From positions 16,430,001 through 16,494,000 of the forward strand of contig CM120640.1 of NCBI GenBank assembly GCA_051362555.1: a stretch of DNA of 64,000 bases, written 5' to 3'. This document shows positions 63,625 to 64,000 of the stretch, one piece after another. This stretch comes from Lingula anatina (Eukaryota > Animalia > Brachiopoda). The position numbers and the translations under genes were made by a program. The notes under the pieces were generated by a model. That model did not search any database. It saw nothing but the letters and a program-made list of their open reading frames with translations, and was not told the origin of the DNA. Position 1 is the first letter of the stretch; each line of letters opens with the position of its first letter.

Positions 63625-64000
63625 ATGTCTGCACCGGTGAAGAAAGAGTGTGGGTCTAACCAGCTTCTGAAAAAGGAGTGTGGGTCAAACCCACTTAACA
63701 AAGGTGGCTGCTATAGGCCCAGGCCTGTTTCAGGCGACAGGCCTCTGGATGGGAGCATGCATTTTACCATAATGAAACAAACCAAAGAGTCCTTTGAGGT
63801 GATCAATACCTTGCGCCATGCTAAGAAGCTCTGCGATGTGACACTAATCGCAGGTGATGAGTCGTTTCTAGCGCACAAACTGGTCCTGGCAGCAGCCAGC
63901 CCGTATTTCAAAGCCATGTTTACAAGTGGGATGCGGGAGTGTGGGATGGCTGATATCCCGCTTCAGGGAATTACTCCATGTACTTTAGCCACTCTCATAG
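63625..64000 (+). CDS. KEAP1: KEAP1-like BTB-Kelch protein, first coding exon (partial, runs off the window)
   Basis: Acceptor ttttctctttcAG at 63571, in-frame TAA at 63610, ATG at 63625. Translation: MSAPVKKECGSN...DGSMHFTIMKQTKESFEVINTLRHAKKLCDVTLIAGDESFLAHKLVLAAASPYFKAMFTSGMRECGMADIPLQGITP. This resembles the Keap1 BTB (HTKQAFGIMNELR..LCDVTL..AHKVVLASSSPVFKAMFTNGLREQGM). It is absent from the ORF track because there is no stop in the window. Orthology versus other KLHL genes is not proven. Confidence 0.8.
   Translation, partial: MSAPVKKECGSNQLLKKECGSNPLNKGGCYRPRPVSGDRPLDGSMHFTIMKQTKESFEVINTLRHAKKLCDVTLIAGDESFLAHKLVLAAASPYFKAMFTSGMRECGMADIPLQGITPCTLATLI

Overview
AT-rich, intron-rich animal genomic DNA. 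The repeat types and gene sequences suggest a marine invertebrate, probably a mollusc or other lophotrochozoan (inference). I rebuilt four genes by hand from GT-AG splice sites and exon phases. (1) SLC6 transporter A, glycine-transporter-like, minus strand, 3525-17202, about 656/657 aa. It has TWO intact, paralogous exons that each encode the N-terminus plus TM1 (13508-13703 and 17010-17202) ahead of one set of downstream exons. (2) SLC6 transporter B, a tandem paralog, minus strand, 22245-39982, about 683 aa. (3) A compact dystrophin-superfamily gene, dystrotelin-like (WW-EF-EF-ZZ-coiled coil, no rod domain), minus strand, 45455-53765, 748 aa. (4) The start of a KEAP1-like BTB-Kelch gene, plus strand, CDS from 63625 running off the window. 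It is apparently head-to-head with gene 3 and has ARE motifs in its 5' intron. Introns and intergenic DNA hold an intact LINE ORF fragment, a decayed Tc1, a probable decayed Kolobok-like element, hAT/Harbinger/Kolobok MITEs, Helentron-type elements and microsatellites. The most notable signal is the duplicated, apparently mutually exclusive TM1 exon of SLC6-A. Most short ORFs in the supplied track are spurious or are exon fragments.
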